Source: Myxococcota bacterium (lineage in GTDB: Bacteria; Myxococcota_A; UBA796; UBA2385). Taken from it: a DNA stretch of 64,000 nt. Location: contig JBIJDH010000011.1 of the NCBI GenBank assembly GCA_044344255.1, positions 128,001-192,000 on the forward strand. The letters run 5' to 3'. Shown here one piece after another: positions 28,701 through 37,210 of this stretch (within the stretch, counting starts at the first letter, position 1; the number at the start of each line of letters is the position of its first letter). The position numbers were made by a program, and so were the translations under genes. The notes under the pieces are model-generated. The model ran no database searches. It saw only the letters and a list, made by a program, of their open reading frames with translations, and had not been told where the DNA came from.

Positions 28701-28811
28701 ATGAACGCCCCCGTCAAGCCCGTCTTCGCCATCCGCGCCCCCCTCGCCGTCACCGTGAAGACCGGCATCCGCGCTGGCCGCAACCAGGAGCAGGCCGACA
28801 AGCGCGGCTGA
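28701..28811 (+). CDS. 36-aa peptide, RiPP-precursor-like (MNAPVKPVFAIRAPLAVTVKTGIRAG-RNQEQADKRG)
   Basis: GGAG RBS 6 nt upstream; nearly all codons end in G/C; sigma54 promoter; shares VKTxxxAG with the peptide at 60988-61107. Confidence 0.75.
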   Translation: MNAPVKPVFAIRAPLAVTVKTGIRAGRNQEQADKRG

Positions 28812-28940
28812 GATCTGCCTCCGCAGCCCGCACAGGTCACCCGTGATGCGGTCGAACAGGGTCATGATTTACCGGGGGCTCAACATGAAGCCCCCGGCGC
28901 GCAGATCGAGCCCGATCACCAGTGCGGTACGCTCCGGGAA

Positions 28941-29975
28941 ATGACCACCCCCGCCCCGTACACCGTCTCCGGCGCGTCCATCGTGGCGCTCGTCGCGTAC
29001 GCGAAGGCGCGGGGCGCCGACCTCGCGCCCACCCTCGCCGAGCTCGGGCTCGCCCGCGTGGACTTGACCGACCCTGGATCCCGCGTGGAGCTGCCCGCCA
29101 GCGATCGCCTGTGGAACCAGGCCGCCGCGCTGAGCGGAGACGCGGACTTCGGGCTCGCCTTCGCCAGCCGACTGGATCTCGACGCATTTCACCTCGTCGG
29201 GCACCTCGCCGCCTCCAGCCGGACGCTGGGACACGCCGTGGAGCGCATCGTGGCCTTCTCGCGGCTCCTGCACGACGCCGGGCGCACGGAGGTCGAGCGC
29301 CTGGACGACGAGCGGACGGCGTTCTTTCCCGGGTGCCGCGGCATCACCCCGCCGCCTTCCCGGCACATCGCGGAGTTCGCGACCGCCTCTGTCGTGCTCC
29401 TCGCCCGGCTCATCACCGGCGAGCCCGGCTGGTGCCCGGTGGAGGTCCGGTTCCAGCACGCAGCGCCGCCCACGCACGCGGCGCACACGCGGCTCTTCGG
29501 CGTAGCTCCCCTCTTCGGGGCCCCCGAGACGCTCCTCGTGCTCGATTCACGCGCCCTCGCCCTCCCGGTGCGCGTCTCGCGGCCTTCGGCGGTGGGGCAG
29601 TACCTCGAGGGCTACGCGCGGACGCTGCTGGCGCGGCTCCCCGAGGCGAAAGACGACGCGCCCGCGGCGGTGCGCCGGGCGCTCTTGACCGGCCTCACCC
29701 AGGGCCGGGTCGGCGTGGACGACGTCGCCGCGCGGCTGGGGACGACCCCGCGCACGCTCCAGCGGCGCCTCGCCGCCGAGGGGACGGGCTTCACGGCCCT
29801 CCTCGACGAGGTGCGCCGCGAGGTGGCCGAGCGCTATCTCTGCGACCCGGCCTTGCCGCTGGCGGAGATCTCGTTCCTCCTCGGGTTCGGCGATCCGAGC
29901 AACTTCCAGAAGGCGTTCCGGCGGTGGACCGGCACCTCGCCCGGCGCCTGGCGGGAGCGCGCCGTCGCGACCTAG
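28941..29975 (+). CDS. AraC family transcriptional regulator
   Basis: C-terminal RTLQRRL..EG..F and EISFLLGFGDPSNFQKAFRRWTG; OruR-type N-terminal domain. Confidence 0.92.
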   Translation: MTTPAPYTVSGASIVALVAYAKARGADLAPTLAELGLARVDLTDPGSRVELPASDRLWNQAAALSGDADFGLAFASRLDLDAFHLVGHLAASSRTLGHAVERIVAFSRLLHDAGRTEVERLDDERTAFFPGCRGITPPPSRHIAEFATASVVLLARLITGEPGWCPVEVRFQHAAPPTHAAHTRLFGVAPLFGAPETLLVLDSRALALPVRVSRPSAVGQYLEGYARTLLARLPEAKDDAPAAVRRALLTGLTQGRVGVDDVAARLGTTPRTLQRRLAAEGTGFTALLDEVRREVAERYLCDPALPLAEISFLLGFGDPSNFQKAFRRWTGTSPGAWRERAVAT

Positions 29976-30082
29976 CCTGTCACGATCGGACAGCCGGTTG
30001 TCGTCGCGGGCCACTGTGTGGCCAGGGCCGCGCGCGCACTCTCTCGGAGCGCCGAAGGTCTCGGCCGCGCCGAGGACCCCCG

Positions 30083-31084
30083 ATGCCATCCGATCTGACT
30101 TCAACCCCGTCCACCCTGCACGTCGTCTTTGGCCACGGCCCGCTCGGCCGCGCGACGACCCGCGCCCTCCTCGCGACCGGCGCCCGGGTCCGCGTGGTCG
30201 CCACCCGGCCGCAGCGACCGGCCGGCCTCCCCCCCGCCGTCGAATACACCCCGGCTGACGCGACCGATCCGGCGAGCGCCACGCGTGCGGTCGCCGGGGC
30301 CTCCCACGTCTACAACTGCACGAACGCCCGTGACTACCACCGGTGGCCCGAGCAGTTTCCGCCGCTCCAGCGGGGCGTCCTCGCGGCGGCCCGCGCCGCC
30401 GGAGCGGTCCTCGTGGTGGTGGAGAACCTCTACGTCTACGGCCCGCACCTCGGCGTGCCGATGACGGAGGAGCTCCCGCTCTGCGCCGTGGGCCCGCGCG
30501 GCGGCACCCGCGTCGCCATGACCCGCGAGCTCGAAGCGGCCCACGCCTCGGGCGACGTCCGCGTCGTCCGCCTGCGGGCCTCTGACCTCATCGGGCCGGG
30601 CGTGGGCGAGTCCATGGCCGGGCACCGGCTGTTCGAGCCAATCCTCCGCGGTGACACCTCGCTGCGCCTGTTCGCCGATCCGGACCTGCCCCACTCGTTC
30701 ACCGCCGCCGACGATGTCGGTCGCGCGCTGGTGCTCGCGGCGACGGAGCCGCGGGCCTGGGGCGGGGTCTTCCACGTTCCGTCGGCGCCCGCGATCACGC
30801 CTCGCGCGCTGGTCGCGCTCATCGCCGCCGAAGCGGGCGTCTCGGCGCCGCACGTCTCCGCGGTACCTCGCGCGTGGCTGCCGCTGGTGCTGCCGGTGCT
30901 CGGCGTCTTCGTCCCGCCGCTCCGCGGGATCTCGGAGAGCACACACATGTTCTACGAGCCCTTCGTCGTCGACACCCACCGCTTCGACCGCACCTTCGAT
31001 CTCGCGCCGACGCCGCTCGCCCACTCGGTGCGCGCCGCCATCGCCGCGTACCGCCACGCTCCTGTCGCGCTCGGCGCCGCGTAG
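30083..31084 (+). CDS. NAD-dependent epimerase/dehydratase family protein
   Basis: HVVFGHGPLG Rossmann motif; ENLYVYG; PHSFT. Confidence 0.85.
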   Translation: MPSDLTSTPSTLHVVFGHGPLGRATTRALLATGARVRVVATRPQRPAGLPPAVEYTPADATDPASATRAVAGASHVYNCTNARDYHRWPEQFPPLQRGVLAAARAAGAVLVVVENLYVYGPHLGVPMTEELPLCAVGPRGGTRVAMTRELEAAHASGDVRVVRLRASDLIGPGVGESMAGHRLFEPILRGDTSLRLFADPDLPHSFTAADDVGRALVLAATEPRAWGGVFHVPSAPAITPRALVALIAAEAGVSAPHVSAVPRAWLPLVLPVLGVFVPPLRGISESTHMFYEPFVVDTHRFDRTFDLAPTPLAHSVRAAIAAYRHAPVALGAA

Positions 31085-31147
31085 CCCGCTCTCCCCCCTC
31101 CTCCTTCGACTCCCCTCACCGCGACCCGCGTCGCGCTGGAGAACCTC

Positions 31148-31810
31148 ATGTCCGAACAGCCTCTCTCCTTCCGCATCGCCGGCGCGCTCCTCGCGCTCGG
31201 GAGCGTCCGCAGCGTCCTGCCTGCGGCGAATGTGGCCACCGAGGTGACAAACGTGCTGCTCCCCGCCGTGATGCTGTGGCTCGGGCTCGCGGGGGTGCGC
31301 CCTGGCCCCGCGCTGCGCCGCGCAGTCCCGGCGGCCCTCTTCGGCCTCGCGTTGGCCTTCGCCCCGGAGTCCAGAGCCGAGGCGCTCCCCCGGCGCGAGC
31401 TCATCGTGAACGGCTTTCGCGCGCCCTCGACCGGCATCGAGCTCCGGGACGGATGGCTCAGCTACCACCTCGGCTTCTACCCCACGACCATCGACACGAA
31501 CGCGGATGGCGCGCCGCGCACGACGTGGTTCCTGAAGGTCGGGCTCCTCGCCTACCCGCTCCAGTTCGACACCGGGTCGGGGCGCCCGTCGTCGCCGTAT
31601 ATTGGGCTCTCCCTCGTTCAGGGCCTGAACCACGACTGGGACGTCAGCCGCGATGCCGGCTCGGGCAGCGGCGGGCTCGCGGAGCTCGGGTTCCGCTGGG
31701 CGGCGTACCGGGGCCTCGACATCCGGCTCGGCGCGTCGCTCCTCGCGGGCTTCGACGGGCGCATCAAGCTCAACCCGACGCCCGGCATCGGCTGGGCGAT
31801 CCCGTTTTGA
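31148..31810 (+). CDS. Hypothetical membrane/outer-membrane protein
   Basis: Hydrophobic N-terminus, beta-strand-rich C-terminus ending in Phe. Confidence 0.6.
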   Translation: MSEQPLSFRIAGALLALGSVRSVLPAANVATEVTNVLLPAVMLWLGLAGVRPGPALRRAVPAALFGLALAFAPESRAEALPRRELIVNGFRAPSTGIELRDGWLSYHLGFYPTTIDTNADGAPRTTWFLKVGLLAYPLQFDTGSGRPSSPYIGLSLVQGLNHDWDVSRDAGSGSGGLAELGFRWAAYRGLDIRLGASLLAGFDGRIKLNPTPGIGWAIPF

Positions 31811-31844
31811 GGCGTCCGGGCCCGGGCGGCGGAGCACCTCGCCT

Positions 31845-31942
31845 GGCGCTGGAGGGGCACCTCGTCCGTGTCGGGGATGCCGGATGTTCCCACGTCCACG
31901 ATGCGGGGGCCGGGTACTTTGTAGAGGAGGGAGATAGACAAA
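31845..31942 (-). pseudogene. Decayed copy 2 of the TonB-dependent receptor gene
   Basis: 31845-31933 aligns to 37375-37463 (GPRIVDVGTSGIPDT), then GATAGACAAA matches 38920-38929. Confidence 0.85.
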
Positions 31943-31943
31943 C

Positions 31944-32028
31944 TCACTCGCCTCTGTTGCTGCCCGGTCCTGAGCGGGTCTTCCCGCAGCCGGCCGGGAA
32001 CAAGAGCACGAGGGGCGGCTCTTCTGCA
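31944..32028. repeat. Copy 2 of the ~85-bp hairpin-forming element
   Basis: Matches 26977-27060. Confidence 0.85.
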
Positions 32029-32060
32029 TTACACTGGGCCCCCACTCGAGGCCTCCGCCC

Positions 32061-33821
32061 TTGCCCACGCGCCGCCCCCCGCTCCGCCCGTCCCTCCTCG
32101 CGCTGACCGCCCTCCTGTGCTGCGCGCACGGCAGCGACGGGCCCTCCGGCGACAAAGGCGACGGCGACGACGGGCCGCGCTACGCTACCTCCTTCACGAT
32201 GGTGACCGTCGATCCGGCGACCCCGGCCTCGATGAAGCTCTTGGTGCAGGCCTGCGCCGGCCTCGAGAACCGCGCGCTCGGGGGCTCCGTCCTCGTCCGC
32301 TTCGACGACACCGACGAGCTCTGGCTCGATGAGCTCGGCCTCAGCCCGGCGGCCACGCTGTCGGCCGACGACTTCGTGGCCTCCTGCCAGGCCGAGATCC
32401 CCTCCTGCGTCCGCTACGACTACGACACGCAGCACGAGCTGCTCCCGAGCATCCTCACGGCCGCCTCCGCCCTCGGTGCCCTGCCGATGGATGTGGGCCT
32501 CGGCCTCGACTGCAACGTGGTCGTGGACGCCACCGCCGAGCTCCAGGACAAGACCACCCAGGAGCTCGCCACCCGCTGGGCCTTCGAACGGTACGCGGCC
32601 GACACGACGGGCCTCGCGATGCTCAACCCCGGCTACGACGCCAACGCCGCCGATCGCAGCGACCCTCCGCTCACCTCGGACATGGGGCCGCAGACCGTGG
32701 ACTTCGTCTTCTCGGAGCGGCTCTTCGTCCTCTTCCTGGTGAACGGATGCCAGGCGGGTGACCCGGAGAACCTCTTGCTGGACGAGATTGTCAACGCCGG
32801 CAACTGGCCCCTGCCCCTCGGCGTCTACGGATACAACGACTCTTGGCTCATCGGCGGCTACCTCCACGAGGCGCAGACGCGCTGCCTCGATTCGCGAAAC
32901 ATGGGCGCGATCCCCTCGAAGACGGTCAACCTCTCCTTCTACTCGACCCGCCGCGCGCCGATCGTGGAGCCGGGCGAGCTCACGGTCACCCCGCCCGAGG
33001 AGCCCCACTACGACCCCGAGAAGACCTACGTGGCCTTCATCGTGGGAGACGGCGACAACGTCGACTACATCATGCACGCCCGCGGCGACTGGATGCGACA
33101 GCGCCTCGTGGCCTGCGCCGCGGACGAGGGCGCCTGCGCACCGCTCACCTGGTCGATCTCCCCCCATCTCCCGCACCTCGCGCCCGACCTGCTTGAGTGG
33201 TATGCCGCCGCAGGTGTACAGACGGGCGCCGACTACTTTTCGTTGCCGCCGAGCGGCCACCTCTACGCCTACCCCTCCTCCATGTCCGACGCCGATCAGG
33301 ACCTCTTCGTCACCGCCACCGAGCAGGACGCCGCCATCCTCGGCACCCACAGCACCGTCCACTGGGACTGGAACGAAACCTGGGCTGTGGCCGAGCAGGA
33401 ATTCCTTCCGAAGTACGCCGAGCAAGGCGTTATCCAGGGGATCATCCCGGTCAACGTGCCCTACCTCATCGACGCCTTCCCGGACTGGCCCGAGGACCGT
33501 TACTATGAGGTGTTGGGCGGCACGGTCGTGCTCTTCCGGCCCCGGCAGTGGCGCGGGATCGACGACAGCGACAGCTTCTTCCTGAGCCCGGAGCATATGG
33601 CCGAGGAGCTCGTCGGCTATCCCCCGGGGACGGTCACCGCGATCTACCTGACGAGCGACGGGGGCCTCAGCCTGGACAACTCCGTCTATCCCCTCATCGA
33701 CCTGCTCCCCGACACCGTGCAGCTCGTGAGCAGCGACGCGGCCGCGAAGCTCGCCCTGGAGGCGAGCGGGCTCCCGAGCACAGGCGCCAGGAGCTGCGGC
33801 TGTGCAGGCTGGGATGGGTGA
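32061..33821 (+). CDS. Exported GxGYxYP-like putative glycoside hydrolase/carbohydrate-active protein
   Basis: NLSF, YVAFIVGDGDN, PLTWSISP and SGHLYAYP motifs; signal peptide. Confidence 0.6.
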   Translation: MPTRRPPLRPSLLALTALLCCAHGSDGPSGDKGDGDDGPRYATSFTMVTVDPATPASMKLLVQACAGLENRALGGSVLVRFDDTDELWLDELGLSPAATLSADDFVASCQAEIPSCVRYDYDTQHELLPSILTAASALGALPMDVGLGLDCNVVVDATAELQDKTTQELATRWAFERYAADTTGLAMLNPGYDANAADRSDPPLTSDMGPQTVDFVFSERLFVLFLVNGCQAGDPENLLLDEIVNAGNWPLPLGVYGYNDSWLIGGYLHEAQTRCLDSRNMGAIPSKTVNLSFYSTRRAPIVEPGELTVTPPEEPHYDPEKTYVAFIVGDGDNVDYIMHARGDWMRQRLVACAADEGACAPLTWSISPHLPHLAPDLLEWYAAAGVQTGADYFSLPPSGHLYAYPSSMSDADQDLFVTATEQDAAILGTHSTVHWDWNETWAVAEQEFLPKYAEQGVIQGIIPVNVPYLIDAFPDWPEDRYYEVLGGTVVLFRPRQWRGIDDSDSFFLSPEHMAEELVGYPPGTVTAIYLTSDGGLSLDNSVYPLIDLLPDTVQLVSSDAAAKLALEASGLPSTGARSCGCAGWDG

Positions 33822-36282
33822 CCGCGCCACCCCGCTCGGCGGAGTCACCGAAAGAGGCCGCGACGCGGCGTCGACCTCACGCTCGCCGCTCCACGCCGGG
33901 CTCGTGCTTCTCCTGGTCGGATGTAGCGCCCCCTCCACGGTGGATGGCAGGGCGAACGGCCCTAATCTGCCGAGCGCGGAGGGCGACTCCTCCAGCCCCG
34001 CTCCGGCAGACTCCGCTTCGCCTTCGCCGCCCGAGCCCGCCGACGCCCCGGTCGAGGTGCTGCCCGCGGAGCTCGCCGGGGACCTCCTCTTCACCGACGA
34101 CGAGGTCCACCCGATCGGCCTCTCCCTCGACGAAGCCGCCTGGGACTCCCTGCTCACCGCTCCGGCGACCTATGTGCAGGGCACCTTCTCGGACGGCCGG
34201 CTCAGCTTGGGTGTCGGGGTCCGCCTGAAGGGAAACAGCTCCTTCCAGCCGCTCACCGGCAAGCCGAGCTTCCGCATCAGCTTCGACCACTTCGTGGACG
34301 GACAGCGCTACGACGGCCTCGAGGCGGTCGATCTCATCAGCGAGGTCGAGGACCCCTCCTCCCTCTCCGAGGCCCTCGCCTATCGGCTCTTCCGCGCCGC
34401 CGACCTGCCGGCGAGCCGGACGGGCTTCGCCTGGCTGCAGGTCAATACGCTCGACTACGGCCTCTACACCCTCGTCGAGAAGAAGGACGACGTGCTGATC
34501 GGCCGGGTCTGGCCGGACGACCGGGAGGGTGGGCTCTACGAGTCCTCCTCGGAGCGCTGGCCCTGCGACTTCGACGACCCGGGAGATCCCCGCTGCGACT
34601 GCTGGGAGCAGGACGAGGTGGGGACCGACAGCCGCGCCGACCTCGAAGCCCTCTGTGCCCTCGCCACCGACACTGGAGACGCCGACTGGTACGCAGCGGT
34701 GGGGGAGTCCATCGACGGGCCGGGGGTGCTCGGCCACATGGCGATGGAGATCCTGCTCGGGGCGCACGACCATTATGCCGGTTACATGGGGAATGTATAC
34801 CTGTACCATCGGCCCCTGGCCGCCCGCTGGTCGTTCCTGCCAGCCTCGATGAATTCGGCCTTCGGCTCGCAGCGGTACGCACCCGGCTCCTGCGGGAGCG
34901 CCGCCCTCGCCCCGACCGACTTCGCAGGCGGCCTGCTCGCCCGCCGCTGCTGGGCCGATGAGGCCTGCACCATTGACCTCTACGCCGCCCTTCGGCGGGA
35001 CGTCGATGTCCTGCTCGACTCCGACCTGCTCGTCACGCTCGACGCCTGGGCGGAGCTGCTCGGCCCCTACGCCGCCGCCGATCCCCGCAGCGGCTACACG
35101 TCGGAGGACTTCGAGGCCCAGGTCGCCTGTATCGGCGACTGGCTGCGCGCCCGCCCCGCCGCGCTCGGCCCCTACCTGCCCGCCGCCTGCCTCGGAGAGG
35201 GCGGTGAGCTCGACATTGAAGGCTGGGGCGACCTCTCCACCAACGGCTCCTGCGACCGCAGCGCGCCGGACGCCGTCTCCTTCGCGGTGCTCGGGGTGGA
35301 GGGGGCGCGGGTGACCCTCGATCGGCCGCCCGATGGCCTCGCCCTGGGGGACGAGGTGCTGCTCCTCGTCGCGCAGAGCACCGATGGGGAGGGTGTGGGC
35401 GAGGGGCAGTTCACCACGGTCGCGGGCCTCCTTGCCGATGGGGTCCTCCTCGACCCGGCCCCCGAGGCGCCGGTCGCGGGGGCGCGACAGAGCCTCCAGC
35501 GGGTCCCCCATTACGACCGGGTCACCGTTCGGGGCGGCGGGACGCTGACCACCGGCGCCTGGGACGGGCAGAAGGGCGGGGTCCTGGCGATGCGGGTGGG
35601 GGAGCTCAGCATCGAGGACGGCGGCAGCGTCTCGGTCGCCGGCCTCGGCTACGCCGGCGGGCCGACCGGCGGCGGCTACAACATCGACGGCTACCAGGGG
35701 GAGAGCGTGGCGGGTCCAGGTGTCGGCGGGGCGCTGAGCACCGAGGGCTACAACGAGACAAACGGAGCCTGGGCCGCGAATTACGGCGGTGGCGGATGTA
35801 ATGTCGGGGGCGGCGGCGGCGAGCACGCGGGGGGCGCGACGGCGTCTCCCTCCTGGAACGGGACGTCGAGCGCCCCAGAGGCCGGGGAACCCTATGGAGA
35901 CCCGAGCGCCGCCTCCTTCGTCTTCGGCTCGGGGGGCGGCGGGGTGGTGAACCTCGGCGGGAGCTCAGGCCCCGGCGGGGCCGGCGGAGGCGCGCTCTTC
36001 ATCGAGGCCGACACCCTGGTAGCGGAGGGGGCGGGTGCCTTGTCGGCCCGCGGCGCCGACGCCACAAGCTGGTCGGCCGGGACCTGGAGCTACGGCGCCG
36101 GGGGCGGAGCCGGCGGGACGGTCTGGATCGTGGCGGAGACCGTCGAGCTGGCCCTCGGGGCCATCCTCGTCGAGGGAGGGGCGGGCTACTCGGCCGTCAC
36201 CCGACCGGGCGGGGACGGTGGGTCCGGGCGGCAGCGCCTCGAATGTGGCACGCTCGACGGAGAGGTCTGCCCCGAACCCTGA
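33814..36282 (+). CDS. CotH kinase family lipoprotein with Gly-rich C-terminal domain
   Basis: VGVRLKGNSS, KPSFRI, E.LAY.LFR, YGLYTLVE, D.Y..NVYLY; lipobox LVGC. Confidence 0.8.
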   Translation: MGDRATPLGGVTERGRDAASTSRSPLHAGLVLLLVGCSAPSTVDGRANGPNLPSAEGDSSSPAPADSASPSPPEPADAPVEVLPAELAGDLLFTDDEVHPIGLSLDEAAWDSLLTAPATYVQGTFSDGRLSLGVGVRLKGNSSFQPLTGKPSFRISFDHFVDGQRYDGLEAVDLISEVEDPSSLSEALAYRLFRAADLPASRTGFAWLQVNTLDYGLYTLVEKKDDVLIGRVWPDDREGGLYESSSERWPCDFDDPGDPRCDCWEQDEVGTDSRADLEALCALATDTGDADWYAAVGESIDGPGVLGHMAMEILLGAHDHYAGYMGNVYLYHRPLAARWSFLPASMNSAFGSQRYAPGSCGSAALAPTDFAGGLLARRCWADEACTIDLYAALRRDVDVLLDSDLLVTLDAWAELLGPYAAADPRSGYTSEDFEAQVACIGDWLRARPAALGPYLPAACLGEGGELDIEGWGDLSTNGSCDRSAPDAVSFAVLGVEGARVTLDRPPDGLALGDEVLLLVAQSTDGEGVGEGQFTTVAGLLADGVLLDPAPEAPVAGARQSLQRVPHYDRVTVRGGGTLTTGAWDGQKGGVLAMRVGELSIEDGGSVSVAGLGYAGGPTGGGYNIDGYQGESVAGPGVGGALSTEGYNETNGAWAANYGGGGCNVGGGGGEHAGGATASPSWNGTSSAPEAGEPYGDPSAASFVFGSGGGGVVNLGGSSGPGGAGGGALFIEADTLVAEGAGALSARGADATSWSAGTWSYGAGGGAGGTVWIVAETVELALGAILVEGGAGYSAVTRPGGDGGSGRQRLECGTLDGEVCPEP

Positions 36283-36408
36283 TGGTTTCGCGCAGCGCGA
36301 GCCGGAGGGCGGCCCGCCGGTCGAGGGTGGGAGTGTCCAACAGTGCGGGGCAACGCCAATCGGGCGGGATGGCGGCGGCTTCACACCCCGCACGTCCTGG
36401 GGATAAGT

Positions 36409-36429
36409 ATGCGCATGAGTCATGCGCAT
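36409..36429. promoter_or_regulatory. Perfect inverted repeat over the ccdA start (candidate autorepression operator)
   Basis: ATGCGCATGA-G-TCATGCGCAT. Confidence 0.5.
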
Positions 36430-36663
36430 CCCGCTCCCTCATCCTCCCGGCGAGCCGTAAACCTCTCGGTCGATCGCGAGCTCATTGACGCCGCGCGCGA
36501 GCTCGGGATCCCGCTGTCGTCCACACTGGAAGAGGCCCTTCGCATCCGCGTTCTTGCCGCACGCGAGCACCAATGGCTCGCGGATAACGCAGAGGCGATA
36601 GGCGCCTACAACGAGCGCGTGGGCCGAGAGGGCACCTTTGGCGAGCAGTTTGGGAACATCTGA
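36409..36663 (+). CDS. ccdA: CcdA family antitoxin
   Basis: RAVNLSVD.EL...ARELGI.LS..LE and W..DNAEAI.AYN; start at 36409 or 36415. Confidence 0.85.
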   Translation: MRMSHAHPAPSSSRRAVNLSVDRELIDAARELGIPLSSTLEEALRIRVLAAREHQWLADNAEAIGAYNERVGREGTFGEQFGNI

Positions 36664-36977
36664 TGGCTCGCTGGGACGTGCTGCGAAACGTTTCACGGCG
36701 AGGGAGCCGAGATATCCCTTACCTGCTGGATGTCCAAGCCGACCTCTTGTCTCATTTGCATACCCGCGTCGTGGTGCCGCTCTATCGCGCCAGCCTCATA
36801 CAACGGCCACTCTCCCAGCTTCAGCCCTGCTTTGTCGTGGAGGGTGTGGACGTGGTCATGGACTCGCCCACCCTGGTCGGCGTCCCGATCGGGGCCCTGG
36901 GCCCTCTGGTGACTAACCTCGGCTCCCAACGCGACACGATCACGCGCGCCCTGGGCTTTCTGTTCACCGGAGTATGA
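36663..36977 (+). CDS. ccdB: CcdB family toxin
   Basis: PYLLDVQADLL..L.TRVVVPL and C-terminal FLFTGV; TGATG overlap with ccdA. Confidence 0.88.
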   Translation: MARWDVLRNVSRRGSRDIPYLLDVQADLLSHLHTRVVVPLYRASLIQRPLSQLQPCFVVEGVDVVMDSPTLVGVPIGALGPLVTNLGSQRDTITRALGFLFTGV

Positions 36978-36981
36978 GCTC

Positions 36982-37142
36982 GGAGGTACCACTCCCAGCG
37001 GGCGTCCTGGTTGTCGATGGTGGCCCGCTCGAGCTCAGGGTTTCCATAGAGGAGGCGACCCGAGCGGTCGTCATGATAGGCCACTGGAGAGAGCTCGCCT
37101 GCGACCGGCCTGAGGCTCGTATCAAAGAGCTCGAAGATGGAG
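36982..37142 (-). pseudogene. Decayed copy 3 of the TonB-dependent receptor gene (internal segment)
   Basis: Aligns to ~37810-37926 joined to ~38045-38095 at the shared GAGAGCTC microhomology. Confidence 0.88.
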
Positions 37143-37210
37143 CCGCCAGGGGCCTCTGCTAACGCCCCACGTCCGATCCGGTCATCCAGCCTCCCCCCGG
37201 TTCCAGCCCC

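Noticed and set aside
33790..33821. Truncated MYXO-CTERM signal (SCGCAG) at the end of the GxGYxYP-like protein
   Set aside because: No hydrophobic segment or basic tail follows, and the end overlaps the next gene start; could be chance.
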